From contig JAYWIR010000027.1 of NCBI GenBank assembly GCA_036172245.1, positions 1,426,001-1,490,000 on the forward strand: a DNA stretch of 64,000 nt, written 5' to 3'. The notes below the pieces were generated by a model. The model saw only the letters and a program-made list of their open reading frames with translations, searched no databases and was not told where the DNA came from. The translations under genes were made by a program, and so were the position numbers. This document shows positions 23,862-37,169 of the stretch, one piece after another (the stretch's first letter is position 1; each line of letters begins with the position of its first letter). The DNA is from Raillietiella orientalis. Its lineage: Eukaryota.

Positions 23862-26800
23862 ATGGAGACTTTCATGTCTGCCGAAAGTGCAGGAGCAGTC
23901 AGCGTCCCGTGCTCGAGTTCCTTTACAAAAGCCCAGGAATTTTTGTCCCGGGAAGTGTGCGTTGCTGAAGCTCTGTCCCCCGACTTTCAGCGTTTGCTGG
24001 AAGAGTCGTATCAAAATGCTGCATGGCTTGATCTCGAAGGAGCTCCCGAACCCATCGAGGGGAGAGAACCAGATGCCGACGAGATCGAAAAGATTTTGTC
24101 CGAGGGCCTGCCAGACGGTAGTAAGGTTCCACGTGCGGCTGCATGTCTTGCGTTGAATGAGAGATGGTGGAACGTCCGATCCCAGCCGTAGATGCGTTCC
24201 AAGTTTGCGGGTTGGCCAAAAAAAGTGTTGCGGTCAACGTAACGAGGTCTTCCACCGCGTAATCAGTACGATCCGGTGCCCGGAAGTCAGCTTTGCCGGA
24301 AATGGAGGTTTTCCCAGTTTGGTACCCCCATCGAAATCCGGAGAAGCAGCCGAAATCACACTACCCACCCTGTCTTCGCCTCGCGCACGCGTTCGCTGCC
24401 CCGAGCCCGTTGGGGGTGCATCGAGCAAGCCTCCCTCCTCCTCCTCCTGGACCCGGTCCTCGTAGCAGCAGGGCAGAACGGGATCGGTCCGCAGCCAGGA
24501 ACTGCAAGAGAAAGCTTTTTTGATTGCAACTCGGAGAGATCGTGAGGGCCGAGTAGCGGGCGGCACGACAGCGTTTGCAGCTGGGAAGCGTGCGTGGGGC
24601 GGCTGCGAAGGCATTCGGTGCAACTCGTTGCTGCCATCCCATACTTTTTCTCTCCCTCGTTCTCTCTGTGTTATTTTTACCTGAACTTCTGGGTGCCTTT
24701 CCTCCCGCGGAGTAACCCGTGGGGTGGTAGCCACGCGTTCTGCGTAGTCTCTCGAAAGTCCTCGCGCAGAACGCGAGAACGGAGATGGATCCGGGCGTAT
24801 GCTTATCTTGAAGTCCGGGCGGAAGTATTCCCCGAAGGTAAACTTTTCGAAAACCTGTTTGTTTATGTGGGAAACGCAGCCGTGCATCAAGTGCAAGGGA
24901 AGCTGGGTGGCATCAAAGTGGTCTGGTTCGAATCTTTTGCTCTGCCGACAAGGGAAGCGATTGCCGGGCAATGCAAAAGTTCGCTTCGAGAACGTATCCT
25001 GAAAAGCAGGCACGAAGACACGGGGTCTCCTTTCTTTCTTTGCTGATTTTCTTCATAGAGCATTCCCCAAATGGCTGCATAATGTCAGAGGAGTGCGGAC
25101 TTCACCAACGTGCCAAGGATACACAAGTCGTACCCCAAGATAACTGGCAGCGTGTTGGAAACAAGTTTCCAGAAACGAGTTGAAAATAAAAAAGGAGATA
25201 CCGAGCGAGGCGTACAACGGAAGAGGCGCTTTCCTTGCGGAACTCCTCCATCTCAGAGAGTGGGAACGCAGCATTTCTTGTTAGGAGAAAGAAGTCGCGC
25301 AAGAAAATGATCCATCAACTCAACAGCTGTCGGATGGATAGCGGCTTGCCTGCAAAGGGAGCTGCGAGTTTACGCAAGGATCTTGAAACCTCTTTGGTCC
25401 TTGCGCAGCCTCCGGCCGTGTGCATCATTTCAGTTGAGCTCACCCATGCAACCCAACGAAGAACTGTTCATGAGAAGACGTTAGCGTAGAGTGCTGGCAT
25501 TCCCCCGACCTACGAAGGGGATGTGTCGAGCGGTGTGTTTAAAGTTGGCTCAATACCATCCAAAAAAAAAAAAGGCTAATTCGACGGGATGTTTTACCTC
25601 CATTTCATGGAAGGTGCTGCAACTTGTGCGCGGGGTTCCGTGTCCAGCGCGAACATATCTCTTCGGATAAAAAGAAAATCAGCCATAGGGTGAGAACAAA
25701 CAAAAAGAAAAAAGGATTGCTACGTGGAGGAAACAAACCATGCAGCGTGGATCGGAGGTAAACTCGAGCGTACAACCTTTCAAGACATGCCCCATCACAT
25801 AAATGGCAGGCAATGAGTTATTTTGTATGAGATCCACATGTGGGATCTTTGAAAAAAACGAAAAAAATTCCGAAGCAATTTCTGCTTTTGAAATTGCTTT
25901 TAACGACCAGCTTTCTAATGAGCAAAGTGAAGTATTCATTCAGCAAGTCTTCCACAAGTCGGTTTCTTAAATAAATGTAAGCCTGGAATTTGGTGTATCA
26001 GAAGTACGTTCACATAGGTCATACTCTCCAGACACGTATCTCGGTGTTATGTGAGAACATTCAAGGCCAAGCAATGTAAGGCTATTAGAAACTCCTCTTG
26101 TCCACGCGTGCTTTTTCCTAAAATTGTAGATACCTATTTGTATATGCATATGTAAATGCAAAGCTTCGTTTCATGCTGTTTAATCAGCCCAGCAAATTAA
26201 AAGCTGGCTGGCTGGTTGTAATTTTCGTGCAACATTACGGTTACCTCTTCGACAGAATGTGAAATTCGATACAGAGCTTCAGTCTGCCATGCGAATAGAG
26301 AGAAGTCGGTGGACATTTCCGAAAAGTTTAAACGAGTCGCGGCGGGTGGACACTGTGGTCAGTTCCAGCTTTGGGAAGATGCAGTAAAGTACGTTTGACA
26401 ATCAACGGAAAAAGTGGCGGATGAGATATCCACTTCCGACACGAAGCTTTCCATAATAGGCACAGAATGAAAGATGGAGAGACATGGTAAAATCACCTTG
26501 GAGAAATACGCCATCGTGAACTGAAGTAATTCCACTTGTAATGAATTCCACCTGTACAAGGTTCAGTAAGAAAAGAACGAACAGTTGTTTCATGTGACAG
26601 CAATTAATAATGGCTCTCCCGGAAATTAAAGGTGAGCTAATCAACGGAGGACGTCGCCGTTCCGGTGCATTCATATTCTATGAGCATTCAATTTTTTTGT
26701 GTCACCTGTTAATCGTCAAACTTGCTTCGATGTCCACAAGACAGTGCCCTGAAGGAAGTTCAATAAAATTATGAGGGTTGCTTTCCTTTCCTACTTCTTC

Positions 26801-27400
26801 TGTGAGCAACCTGGTAAAATGATTCACTTTGGTTGAGGAATGCTAGGCGAGCGAATGGAGAGAAATTCGAAAAACGTCCCGGACAGCTTCACCGGTTTGG
26901 CGTTACCAAATAAGTCTGCTGCTGGCAGGTAGGGGTGTCGTGAAAAACCTACAAAAAGAAATTTATGAACTGCTCTGTCCTTGAAACTTTTTAAAGAGAA
27001 AGAAAGTGTTTACAATCTAATTCCAAAGGGGCATCAGAAATTTTAAATGAGAGGGAAGAAAGGGAGCGGGGCCAAAGCAAAAGAGTGCCTCTCCGAACGT
27101 GAAACTTATTGTTCCTGTTTTCGGATCTTCAGCAGCCGCTTTCGAAGCCGTGAGCAAGAAGAAGGCGAGCGCTGCGTTGCAGTGGCAGCTTTGTTTCGAT
27201 GACACACGCTCGTGCCCGAAAAACAAGACGCGAAGTGCTTCTTTCCTTCTTTCTTCTTCCTCTCTCCCCGAACTGGCTGATCCGCCGCCAGTTCGGTGAC
27301 AGATAGGACTCACCCAGGTCGCGGCATCTCGTGATGTGATCCCGATTGACCCCGGGGATCCCGGCTTCCGTATCGGGAACGCAGATCCTCACTGTGCACG
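23862..27400 (+). pseudogene. Decayed PEX6/PEX1-type double AAA+ ATPase relic
   Basis: Collinear traces: SESGNAAFLVRR..IHQLNSC..AQPPAVCII (D1, ~25250-25440); GELINGGRRRSGAFIF (~26630); mutated Walker A 26702-26722; KASAALQWQLCFDDTRS (~27160-27210); VTDR-LTQV (~27295-27320). Many stops and frameshifts. Confidence 0.5.
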
Positions 27401-30400
27401 TGGAAACGGAAAATTCAGCTCGGTCCCGGCAGCTGACGTCTTGTTCGATCCCTCAGAGGTTGCGGAAGACGAAATCGCGAGGGTGATCGTTCCGAAGGAG
27501 TCGCAGAAGATGCTCGGCATAGTTGCCGGGGAAGACGTCACCGCGGCCGAGCCGTACATATTCGTGGAGAAGCGGCAGCTCGTGGAAGACGTCCAGCGCA
27601 GGAAGGAGGCCTCCCCGTTCTTCCACTACGAGGAAAGGATTCAGGTGAGCTGCGGCGGTCCGAAGCCCCGGTTCGCACCCTTGGAGACCGCTCACGCCGG
27701 TCTGCAGGAATGCCCGGAAGATCACATCCTCTTCGTTTACGATGCGTCTTCCGACGAAGATTCCCTGTTCCACGTGTGCCTCACCTCCAGATCCAGGGCC
27801 ATGATCTCGGAGAAAGTTCCGGAGACCGAAGCTTCACGTCGCACCCCATCTGGAGCCAGGCCGTGGGTTCCCTTGGGGAGCGAGCAAGAAATCCGCGACA
27901 CGTTCGTGGCAGACACACGCCCCAAGGTCCGACTTCTGAGCGTGTCCGCTTCCCCTTCCACGAAAGCGTCTGTCTTTTCCTAGATACACCTGGTGTTGCA
28001 CCGGCAAGGGAGGAGACGGGATGCTCCAGTTTCACTCACCGATCGCAACTCCGACGCCACGCGGGATTCCTATGTGGAGTACCTTCCTTACCAAGACGAC
28101 GATTATGATCTCCAGAGAGTGACCGTTGATAGATACGTCCAGGTCGGACAGTTTCTTCTTGATGCTGGTTTTTCTCTTCTTGATCTCGCCATCACTTCTT
28201 TACCGTCACTGGAACGCGAGACGCTTATCGCCGACGAAACGTTTTGCGTTCCATTCCCCCCCCCCCCTCCTTTTTGTTTCTTTTCTTTTTTGAGGCATTT
28301 CCAGCTGAAATCTGCCCACACTGGAAGCAAACAGGGCGGAGGGATCGGAAGAAACTCTTGCGCTGCGAAGTTTGCCTCGTGGGGACCAGAATTTTTCGAT
28401 TTCCGCTTTTTCGCTTCTCCTTTCGTCTGCTCCGGCGGATTCGTTCCAAGAGAGCCCGGAAAACTGTCCTTTTTTTTTCTCTCTCTCTCTCTCTCTTCGA
28501 GAATCTTTCCGAAAACTCGAGGAACAGACCTCGCTTCGTATATCGTGAATGTCGCCCCTCTCGTTGGGCGGATGAGAGCTCCCCATCGCGCCGTCCTCCC
28601 AATGCAAGACGCGCATCGCGAGCTCCAGCAGCTGACGGAGGATTTCCCAGAAAACCTTCGGGAATTCTTCAGGTTCCTTCATGTTTGTTTTCCTTCGAGG
28701 TGATGTCTCTTGGAGTAGAACGAGCGTTTTTGGAGAGCAGCGAGGAACCACCTTCTCCTCACGCACCGCCTTCTCTGATCAGCAGTTTCTCTCCCCCCCC
28801 CCCTCCCCAGCGTCACACGGATGATTACGTATTGGCATCATGTGACGATGGCGACAGCTCAGCAGGGTTCATTCCAGGCATCGTAACTTACACTCACACG
28901 AACAGCAGGAGTAAGCAACTCTTGTCAATGAAAATTCGGAAAATTCGGCCTGCGGTTCCCACCTGATACCGCCTTCAAAAGGTGACATCCGTCAAAAACG
29001 CAGGATGCCGTGCTCCCATTGCCGACGAAGTCGAGTTTCGGACTGAGCTACAGAGTGCGATTTCAAACAGAGCGAAGGGAATGCGATGAGGAACGAACTG
29101 GGAACGCCGTGCAGAAAAGTCGATTGAATTAACAACGGGTAAACACAAAAGCAGGTGGGGAACTTTGGACTCCTTCGGGAAGCCGGGACCAAAGGAAAAC
29201 CTTGACCCTCCTCCTCTCTCTCTCGCTCCATCTTATTTTGCACCTGTTTTAAGTGAACGGGCCCAGCAGGACCAGGAGGAGGCACTTCCCACTGTGCAGG
29301 GAGCGCGAACGAAGGGGCGACGTTTTCTCGCACACGCGCCGCGCTCCGCACGCTGGCGGCGACCTCGCAGAGATGGCGCCGAGTGCGTCAGAGGGAAGCA
29401 GTGACCGCGCCGTCCGCTACGAGTGTGGTCCTTGCGGCAGTCGTGTGGCGCTGCGATTGCAGACTGGAAAAAAAAAAAAAAAAAAAAAGGTTTCCCTTCC
29501 CTCACCTGGAGAAGGCGGTGCGCGAACGGCTTTCGCCATGTCGGCAGCCCGAAGTCATTAGCCCGCACCGAGAGGGTTCGCGACTCCGGCGTGCAATCCG
29601 TCGTGGACGCTGGCGCATTTCGGCGGCGAGCGAACAAGCAGAGGAGGGGGAGGGAGCGTCGGAGAGAGAGCCGTTGGGCTTGCGCACGGCCACCGGGACC
29701 AAACATGGCGAGATGCATCAGTGGACCTTCTGTGACCGCACGAAACACTCTCCTGTGAAACCAGGGCCGGCGCGGCATGGGGTGGCGGCGGGGGCGCAGG
29801 TCGCACATCACGCGACGGTGGCGCTTCGCAAGCCTCCTTGCCCTCGCCACGACGGATTGCGCGCCCCCACAGGATTCTTGGTAGTGCGTTTTTTCCTAAC
29901 AGATTGGACTGGTTACCACGGTTGCGTTTCAGAGACGCGGAGGCATTCTTTCTCTCGGGAGATCGAGGCAACCTACGAATTTGCGGCAGTGAGAGTCTGC
30001 ATGATATGACCTTGAGACTGATAACGGAGTTCTTTCTCAGAGAGTTTCTGCTGCCATTCGTGTGCCCTCATCGGATGAAGGCAGCTAGAGAGACACTCTT
30101 TCCCTTGACAATGCAATGTGGAATTGTGCCGTTGTAGCTGACACGACCTTTAGAGGGCCCAGGTTCCGATATTTCAGCCGGATGGGGGAGGGGAGTCCCG
30201 CCCCCCTCTTCCATCGATCCCACGACGGGTTGCGCGGATCTCGACTGCACTTGGTCCAACCCACGCGCTGGCCCTGTGCCATGCGCACGGAACTCTCTCG
30301 ACCTACTCCCAGCACAATAGGTATCGCTGGGCGGGATTGCGAGTGGGACACCTGCATCCCTCAGTCGTCGTCACAAGCGAGCGTTCAAAACGGAAGCTGG

Positions 30401-33400
30401 ACATCGGTCAAGCAGAAGCTGCTTCCGGCTAAGCGACCCTGACCAAAGTCTTCGGGTAGAAAGCTGGCTTCGCGTTTCGGTCTCCACGGGGTGGACTTTG
30501 GCTCCATTTTCAGTGGATGTCTTTCAGGCGTGATGGAGGACCGTTTCGTACTTTTCACATCACGAGCACGAGATGGACGTATTCGAGGGACAATAAGACC
30601 CCTCGGGGTTCGCCTTGTAATCAGGGGTCGAGTTTTCAGGACGAGCTCGTGACACGCCTCTCTTTACACTTGCTCTCTCCATGAGTGTTTACGTGCGCGC
30701 GCGCGCGTGCGTGTCTTTCCCCTTCTGGATGCACCGCAGTCACCCTTCGCGTTCCTCTCGCGGCATCCGTTTCCCCCCCCCCCCGCGCGCGCGCGCGCTT
30801 TTTCCGATTTGTGTCGACTTCCTGACGTCTGCAAGACCTCAGGAAAAACCTATCCGGTTGCTGCAGCGACAGCGTGACTGGAAGACACGGCACCGGCGGC
30901 ACCAGCAGATACAAACACTTTTCAAAAGTGGCATTTTTTTTTTTTTTTCGCGCGCGCGCATGCGTGAGGAGGATGTGCTCCGCGTTTGTTGCTCGAATGT
31001 GTGTATGTGTGTGTGTTTTTCTCAGCTTTCTGGCTCGACTCTGGCGGGAAGAAACGTCGGCGCGTTTCCTGTTGTCTTTCCGATCAGGACTTCAAACCTT
31101 TCGTCAAGCACCTTTGAACTGTTTGTGCACTTTACCTGCTCGCACGTTCCCATTTGCTTTCTTGTCGAATGCTTCGAACATTGGTATCCAGCTTCCTATC
31201 TGAGCACAGCTCCCGCATCACCTCAGTTGTTGTTATTGTCGGTTTTCCTACGTTCGTGGACATCAGCTTTGCACGCTTTAGACCGATCTCAGGATGCCGT
31301 TTCGTCCTTCGATCTGGTAAATGGCATTTGAAAAATTTCAGTCTCCCCGCCGCAGGTTTGTGTGTTTCAAACACCGAAAGCGCTTCATCTGATCCTCGTG
31401 GAGAAGAGCACTCCTCCTCTTTGATCAAAACGCGAAAAGCCACGTCGTTCGTAAAAGAGTTTCCCAAATTGGATACTGCTCTCAGCCTCCGCAAGCATTC
31501 TCTCCCTTCTGGCAGACGGCGATCCTCCGCGTCTCGGTTTCCTCACGTCCCTAATGGGCACGTGGCTGCACTTGATCCACATCCTTTCCCCGTCCGAGAC
31601 TTCAGCGTTTTCCCTCCGCCTCTCAGCACTTTCAATCCGGCTACGTATACACCGATGCGGATGAACACTTATTCGTTCCCATCGCTCGATTTGTGACGAT
31701 TGTGATGCCATTTCTTCGCATGTTTCATTCTCCAGAGAGTAATGATGGTTTTCGAGATGATGATGCTGAATCGATTGAGAGACATTCTGCTTTGGTCCAT
31801 TCGTCCCTTGAGTCTCTGAAGGTACGCGTCGCGATTATGCACCACGAATTTTCCCTCTGGAGTCGAAGCGGCGCTCTTTGAAAGCTGAAACGGGAAAACG
31901 AGTTCCGGCTTGATGCTTTGGGTTTTTCCCGATCGCTCCAAAAGAGTTCGATTTCTCTGACTGCCTACCAGCTGCCTTCCTTGTTCCCAGATTGATTCCT
32001 GCTTTGCGTCCAGCCTTCTTTCGAGTCTCCCTTGCTCGTACCGTTAGCATTCAGGGTCTTGCAAACGGAGAGAGTCCTGTGGTCAGTTGCCATGACCTCG
32101 TCATAGGTTTGGGTGATTCTTCATAGCACGATACCGCGGTGGCAACGATGTCCAAAACATAGCGAAAATCCCCCTCCCCCCTGCTGCCCCCGATGCACGT
32201 GCGTTTTCTACGTCCATGAAAAATGAATGATGGCTTCCCCGGGGTGCAGTATCCTCAGGATCGCCGTTTCAATTCCCCGGAGACTTCAGGATTCCGTCTT
32301 CGAATGGTTCGCGGGTGCATTCGGTGCGCTTCGGTTTTAAGCTGTTGTTTGAAGTGTTCCTCTCGTGATGACCAGCTCCAGAGCTGCTTTGTTTCGCTCG
32401 ATTTACAAGACCGAATGTGAGAATCATCTTATCTCTTCGGAGTCCCGACGGAAAAATTTGTTTCCAGGAACTAGAGCTCCGGAAGTGAAAACTGAGCCAT
32501 CGACACTCTTTACACATTTTTTTTTTTTTCGTTTCTCTGTTATTTTCCCATACGTTTCTGTTCCTATCTCAACTCGAGACACGATTTCAGTGGCAACCCT
32601 GGGTGCCCGTCCAACAAACTGAAAATGTGCGCCCGTCAAACAACAAGTACATTGCAGTCGTTGGGGGGTCCTTTTCGTCTCAAATACCGAAATGCTAGTA
32701 ATTATATAACCACCATGACCGGATACTCCGTGAACTTATCAAATACACAAGCAGCCTGGTTGCGCGCAACATCATCGTACCTTTTTCTCATCATGCAGCG
32801 CACAAGAAATCATGGCGCGAACAGAGGGCTGCGGCTGAAGGCGTCGCGAACGGGTCACGTGTGAGAACTATTCGAGGTCCCTTGGCCAACATCCGAAACT
32901 GTAAAAATCAAATCAACCTCAGCACTGCTCAGCGAGTGGGAACGTGAGCGTTGACCGTAGTGACCCTCAGAGTCGATGGGAAACGGCGAAGATGGTGGCG
33001 CAATGAAGCTGCTCCTTGCTCGCCCCCCCTCCAAACGACTTCTCAGACTGTCTTCGTGTGTGCGCTTCGCTTCTTCCGCTCTTAATCTCGATACCTACGA
33101 AAGCACCTGAGAGCCTACTATCCCGTGTGCCTGAAGGGCGATCCCCGGCGCCCCTCGTGAATGGAAAGCGAGCTTTCCCTTCGAACTGCAAGGGAGAGGC
33201 ACCTGGAAGAGCGTTGTTCGGCGGATGGTGGCCTCGCTTTTCGGCACCGGCAGTGAGACTATTGCCCCGAGGCACTCGGCAGGTTACCCGAAATGACTCC
33301 GCTCCTGGCGCGAGCGTTCCCTCCGGACGGCATTTTCTTTCCGCTTCCGAGTTGTTGCTGACCGCGGCGATCCCAACCTCTTTCTTCCGTCGGCACAGCA

Positions 33401-36158
33401 ACGCCTTCCCGCGCTTGCGGTTTCGGAGGTCATGTGCCATCATCCTAAGACGAGACCGAATCCTGCCTGTCATCACTGCTGTTCCGCACCCCCCAGGCCG
33501 TCCCACGCTTGGATCATCTGTTCACACAAACTCCCTTGAAGCACCCCAAAAACGCTTGGACCCAGTTCAGAGCCCGCTTCATGGAAGAATCCGAGGTCGG
33601 CCTCCTCGTCTCCACGGAAAAGTTCCTCTCCTTCCTGGCGAGCGCCTCTCAAAGGTGCGACCCCAGCTCAGGAGAACTTTTCCACCCCACCTCATCCTTT
33701 CACCTGCAACCCCAGGGTCGAGTCCGCGCTGCAGCAAAACGAAACGTTCGACCTGTTCGAGGACGACTGGGCGGGTCTGGCGGGGAAGGGCCCGGCAGCC
33801 CGCAGCGGCGAGGCGAGCCTCCGTGAACTGCACTCTTTCACCGACGTCAACTTCACAAAAGGGAAGTACGTTAGCGACGTCGACTGGCATCCCGTCTTCA
33901 AAGGCAAGGCGTACCTGAGGAGAATCGCCGCGCGCGCGCGCTCACCGTGGTTTTCAAACGCCAGATGTGGTCGCCGTTGCGCTTGTCGACAGTGAGGGCT
34001 TCGGGCAGAGAGTGAACTCACCGGCTTCGCCCCGCTCCTACGTCCTGCTGTGGAACCTTTCGAACGAGATCAGCCCCCAGGTAAGCCACCGCACGCCCCC
34101 CGGCCCTCGGCAAAAAGATCCGGACGGGATCCCCTCGCAGCTCCTGCTGAAATCTCCCAGCGACGTCACGAGCTTCCGGTTCAACCCCACCGCTCCTGTC
34201 GTCTGCGCCGGCGGCTGCTTTAACGGCCAGATGGCGGTGTGGAACCTGGAGAATCACTCCGAAACCCTGCAGAATCCCAGGGTCGCCGCTGACCGGAAAG
34301 TTCCGCCGAGGACGAACCTGGTGTGATGCATGCTGTTGGAATCGGCGGGACTCATTTTCCAGCGCGCGCGGACCTGAAGGACTTGCTGCTCGACGCCTCT
34401 GGTTCCACGCGCGTGCCCGCGCTAGCCCCTTGCCTGGTCTCCAGCGTCGACCACTCCCACAGGAACTGCGTCTGCTGCGTGCGGTGGATCCCCGCTCGCT
34501 ACGAGGTGCGGCGGTGAGCGAGGGCGGCGGCTCGAAAGTGGAAAAGGGCAGCGGGAGGCGCGCGCCCTCTCCAGGTGGCGAAGGCGGGTCACGTCATGGA
34601 CAACGAGCTGGAGTTCAGCGTGCAGGTGGTCAGCCTGGCAGCCACCTTCGGCAGTTTTTACGTCTGGGATCTGAGGAACCCGAGAGACCCTTCCAGCCCG
34701 CCGGCGACGGGCGAGCCCGAGGTCGCAGAAAGTGTGACGGAGCTGCTGAAGCACGCGGACAGGAACTGGAAGCCCCACTACACGGTACGCACCCCTGGCC
34801 GCGCGATCTAACCCGCCGTGGCAGCTATCCCTGGAGGGCCGGGCTCAGAAGGGAATGCGGTGGCCCCGCCTGGTGCTCCTGCCTCACATGGAGAAGATCG
34901 ATCTGACGATGACCGTCCTGGGTGAGTGCCGCAGCTGCTTCCCTTCCCCCTTCAACTTTCTGAACGGGCGCACTGCTGTCGGACTCAACAGGCACTCGGC
35001 TCCTCTTCGTCGCCGAAGACGGATCGCTCATGCACACCAGCGGGAGGGGCCACAGGACGACGGAACAAGACTCGGGGAAGGTTCAACGTAAGACGAGAGA
35101 GAGCCACCCTGCAGGCCTGCGACTGAAAACCCGTGTTTCTTCTTCTTCTTCTTTTCTCCTCTGGCAGTGGCCAAGTTCTCCGACGCCTTGCACCTCAACC
35201 CGGGCTTCCCAGCTTGCTTCGAGCGCTCTCCGTTCGTCCCCAGCCTGATCCTCCTGGTCGCGGGCTGGAGCTTCTCCCTCTGGAGCGAGGGTTCCCTGGA
35301 AGACATGGAGAAGGGCAACGTGAGCAAAGGCGTCCCCGTCCGCGACGCCTGCGGTCTTCCCATGCGACCTCCAGGAGCAGTCCATCAGGCCCCTGCTGCG
35401 GTCGCGGACGTACCAGCAGCGGCTGACGGCGGCGTGCTGGTCCCCAAGCAAGAGCGACGTCTTCTTCCTCGGGCGCAGCGACGGTGCCGTCGAAATGTGG
35501 CGCCTCCTGGACTCTTTCGAGGAACCCGCCGTCGTCTCCAGCGTTTCCAGCGGAGCCGTGACGAGTGAGTCGACGCGCGCGCGCCTTTCAGCAGGGAAGC
35601 GAGTCGCCCGGCAGGCATCCAGCCGGCGAAGAAGGCCACTGCCGGCGCGCGAAGTTACGTCGCCCTGGGCGATTCGTGCGGGGTCTTCAAGGTGATGGAA
35701 CTCACCGGCGACTGGCACCTCTGCCCTCCCGACGAGGTGACGAGCGGGCGCGCGCGAGACGCGCGTGGGATTCCATCGTGGCGTCCCCCAGGTAGAGCGG
35801 GTGGAGGCCCTCGTCGGTGAGCTGCTGGCCAGGCAGGAATACCGGAACCAACGCTTGCGGGGAAAGAAAATGCCGGAAACGCAGCAGCAGCAGATGGTGG
35901 ACTACAGAAGAGATGAGAAGGTGTGTCCTTTTTCTCCGCCTCCTCCACCGACAGCCGGAGGGACCCTGCGCTCCTACCTTTAAGGATTCCAAGCTGACCG
36001 CGGAAGCGGACGACGAAAAGAAGAAGCGGCTGCAGAAGGCGTACCAGCGCTGGCTCAGCGTGCAGAAGCTCGTGCTTGATGCCATGAGTGCCCCGTTGGG
36101 AGACGCCGACCAGCAGCGGTCTTACGACATTTGGCAACAGGTCAAACTTGTGCGTTGA
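27318..36158 (+). CDS. DNAI3: Dynein axonemal intermediate chain 3 (WDR63/IC140), about 15 exons, 5.35 kb intron 28143-33496; start codon unresolved
   Basis: Spliced translation stays open: GEDVTAAEPY, RPWVPLGSEQEI, TDRNSDATRDSYVE, TQTPLKHPKNAWTQ, ALQQNETFDLFEDDW, HSFTD..WHP, GGCFNGQMAVWNL, SSVDHSH, ERSPFV..GWSFSLW, WSPSKSDVFFLGRSDG; stop TGA ending 36158. Confidence 0.88.
29870..33440 (-). pseudogene. Decayed kinesin-3-like gene (motor plus FHA) nested antisense in the DNAI3 intron
   Basis: Ordered traces: ACVF..HGVSGHGGYII (P-loop, ~32755-32700); GRAPRVATEIVSRV; REPFEDGI; GINLG..AAG; QRLKG....SLNRFSIIIS; SHVPIRD; LRAVSNLGNSFT..SP..DEALSV; then FHA-like HIALSR and RGNQSNLLGKN. Confidence 0.65.
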
Positions 36159-37169
36159 CCCTGCCTGCAAGAAGGCGCAGCAGCAGCATCGGCCGGGGGG
36201 ACGCTTTCGAACACGCCACGACGGATGACTGGCCCTCCTCCGAACTCCCCCCTCCCCAGTACGCACACCTCGGAAGTTGCGAGCTCCTTCTAAGCTTCTC
36301 TCTCCCCTCCCAGAGAAGCGAGCGGAGAGCTCGGCACGGGAGGCAGTGAGACCTCTTAGGGAAACAGCAAATAAAAAACAGCCAACGACTCGTCGCCACA
36401 GCTACAAGGAACAACTCGGCAGCTGCGGCATGGAGAACCAGAAGGGGGACGCGCGGACTGGGGTACCGCCTGGCTGTTCCGCCGTCCTCTCCGAGCGCCA
36501 CCCGTCCGGCAAGAAAGTGACACGTGACCGAGCGAATCCCTAACATTCCCTTTCGCGATGCTCTCCCGGCCTTCGCCGGCGTTCCTCCTCTCTCGCCTGC
36601 GGTCACATCCCGAATAGCTCGCCGCGCGAAGCGTTGCTCCGATAAGGCAGCAGCACCTCGCTGCCATCCAGATCCAAGCGCCGCTTCCGGAAATGCTGTC
36701 GCCGAATTCCGCGGGCGACAGGCGCTTCCTTCAGAAACCCGGAAATGCGGCGGCGCCACTTGCCGGCAACCCGCGAGAGGCGGCGGTAGCTGTCCCCATC
36801 GAGCCGGCCGGAAAAACAGGGACGGCACCCTGGAACCAGAACCGACCACCAGCACGGGAGAAGCGATCTGCGCCCACCACGAAGCAGGCGTGGTGAAACG
36901 TGATAACGGGAGGCTTTGAAGCGTCTCGGGAGGGCGAGTGCAGAGACGAAAGCTTCACAGCTTCCTCACACGGCGAGTTCTGGTAGTCCACCTCCCCACC
37001 TCCCCCACGGTAGGTTGAGGTCTCTTTCCTCTCGCAGTAGTGTGCAGTTGTCCGAATCTTTGGTGTGTTTTATTTTGTGCACTCACTCGGTTTTACCGGG
37101 GCATTTATTTAGTAATTTAGTAATAAAAATACACTTGTGTGGAGGAACACTTTGTTCTATCACGTACTA

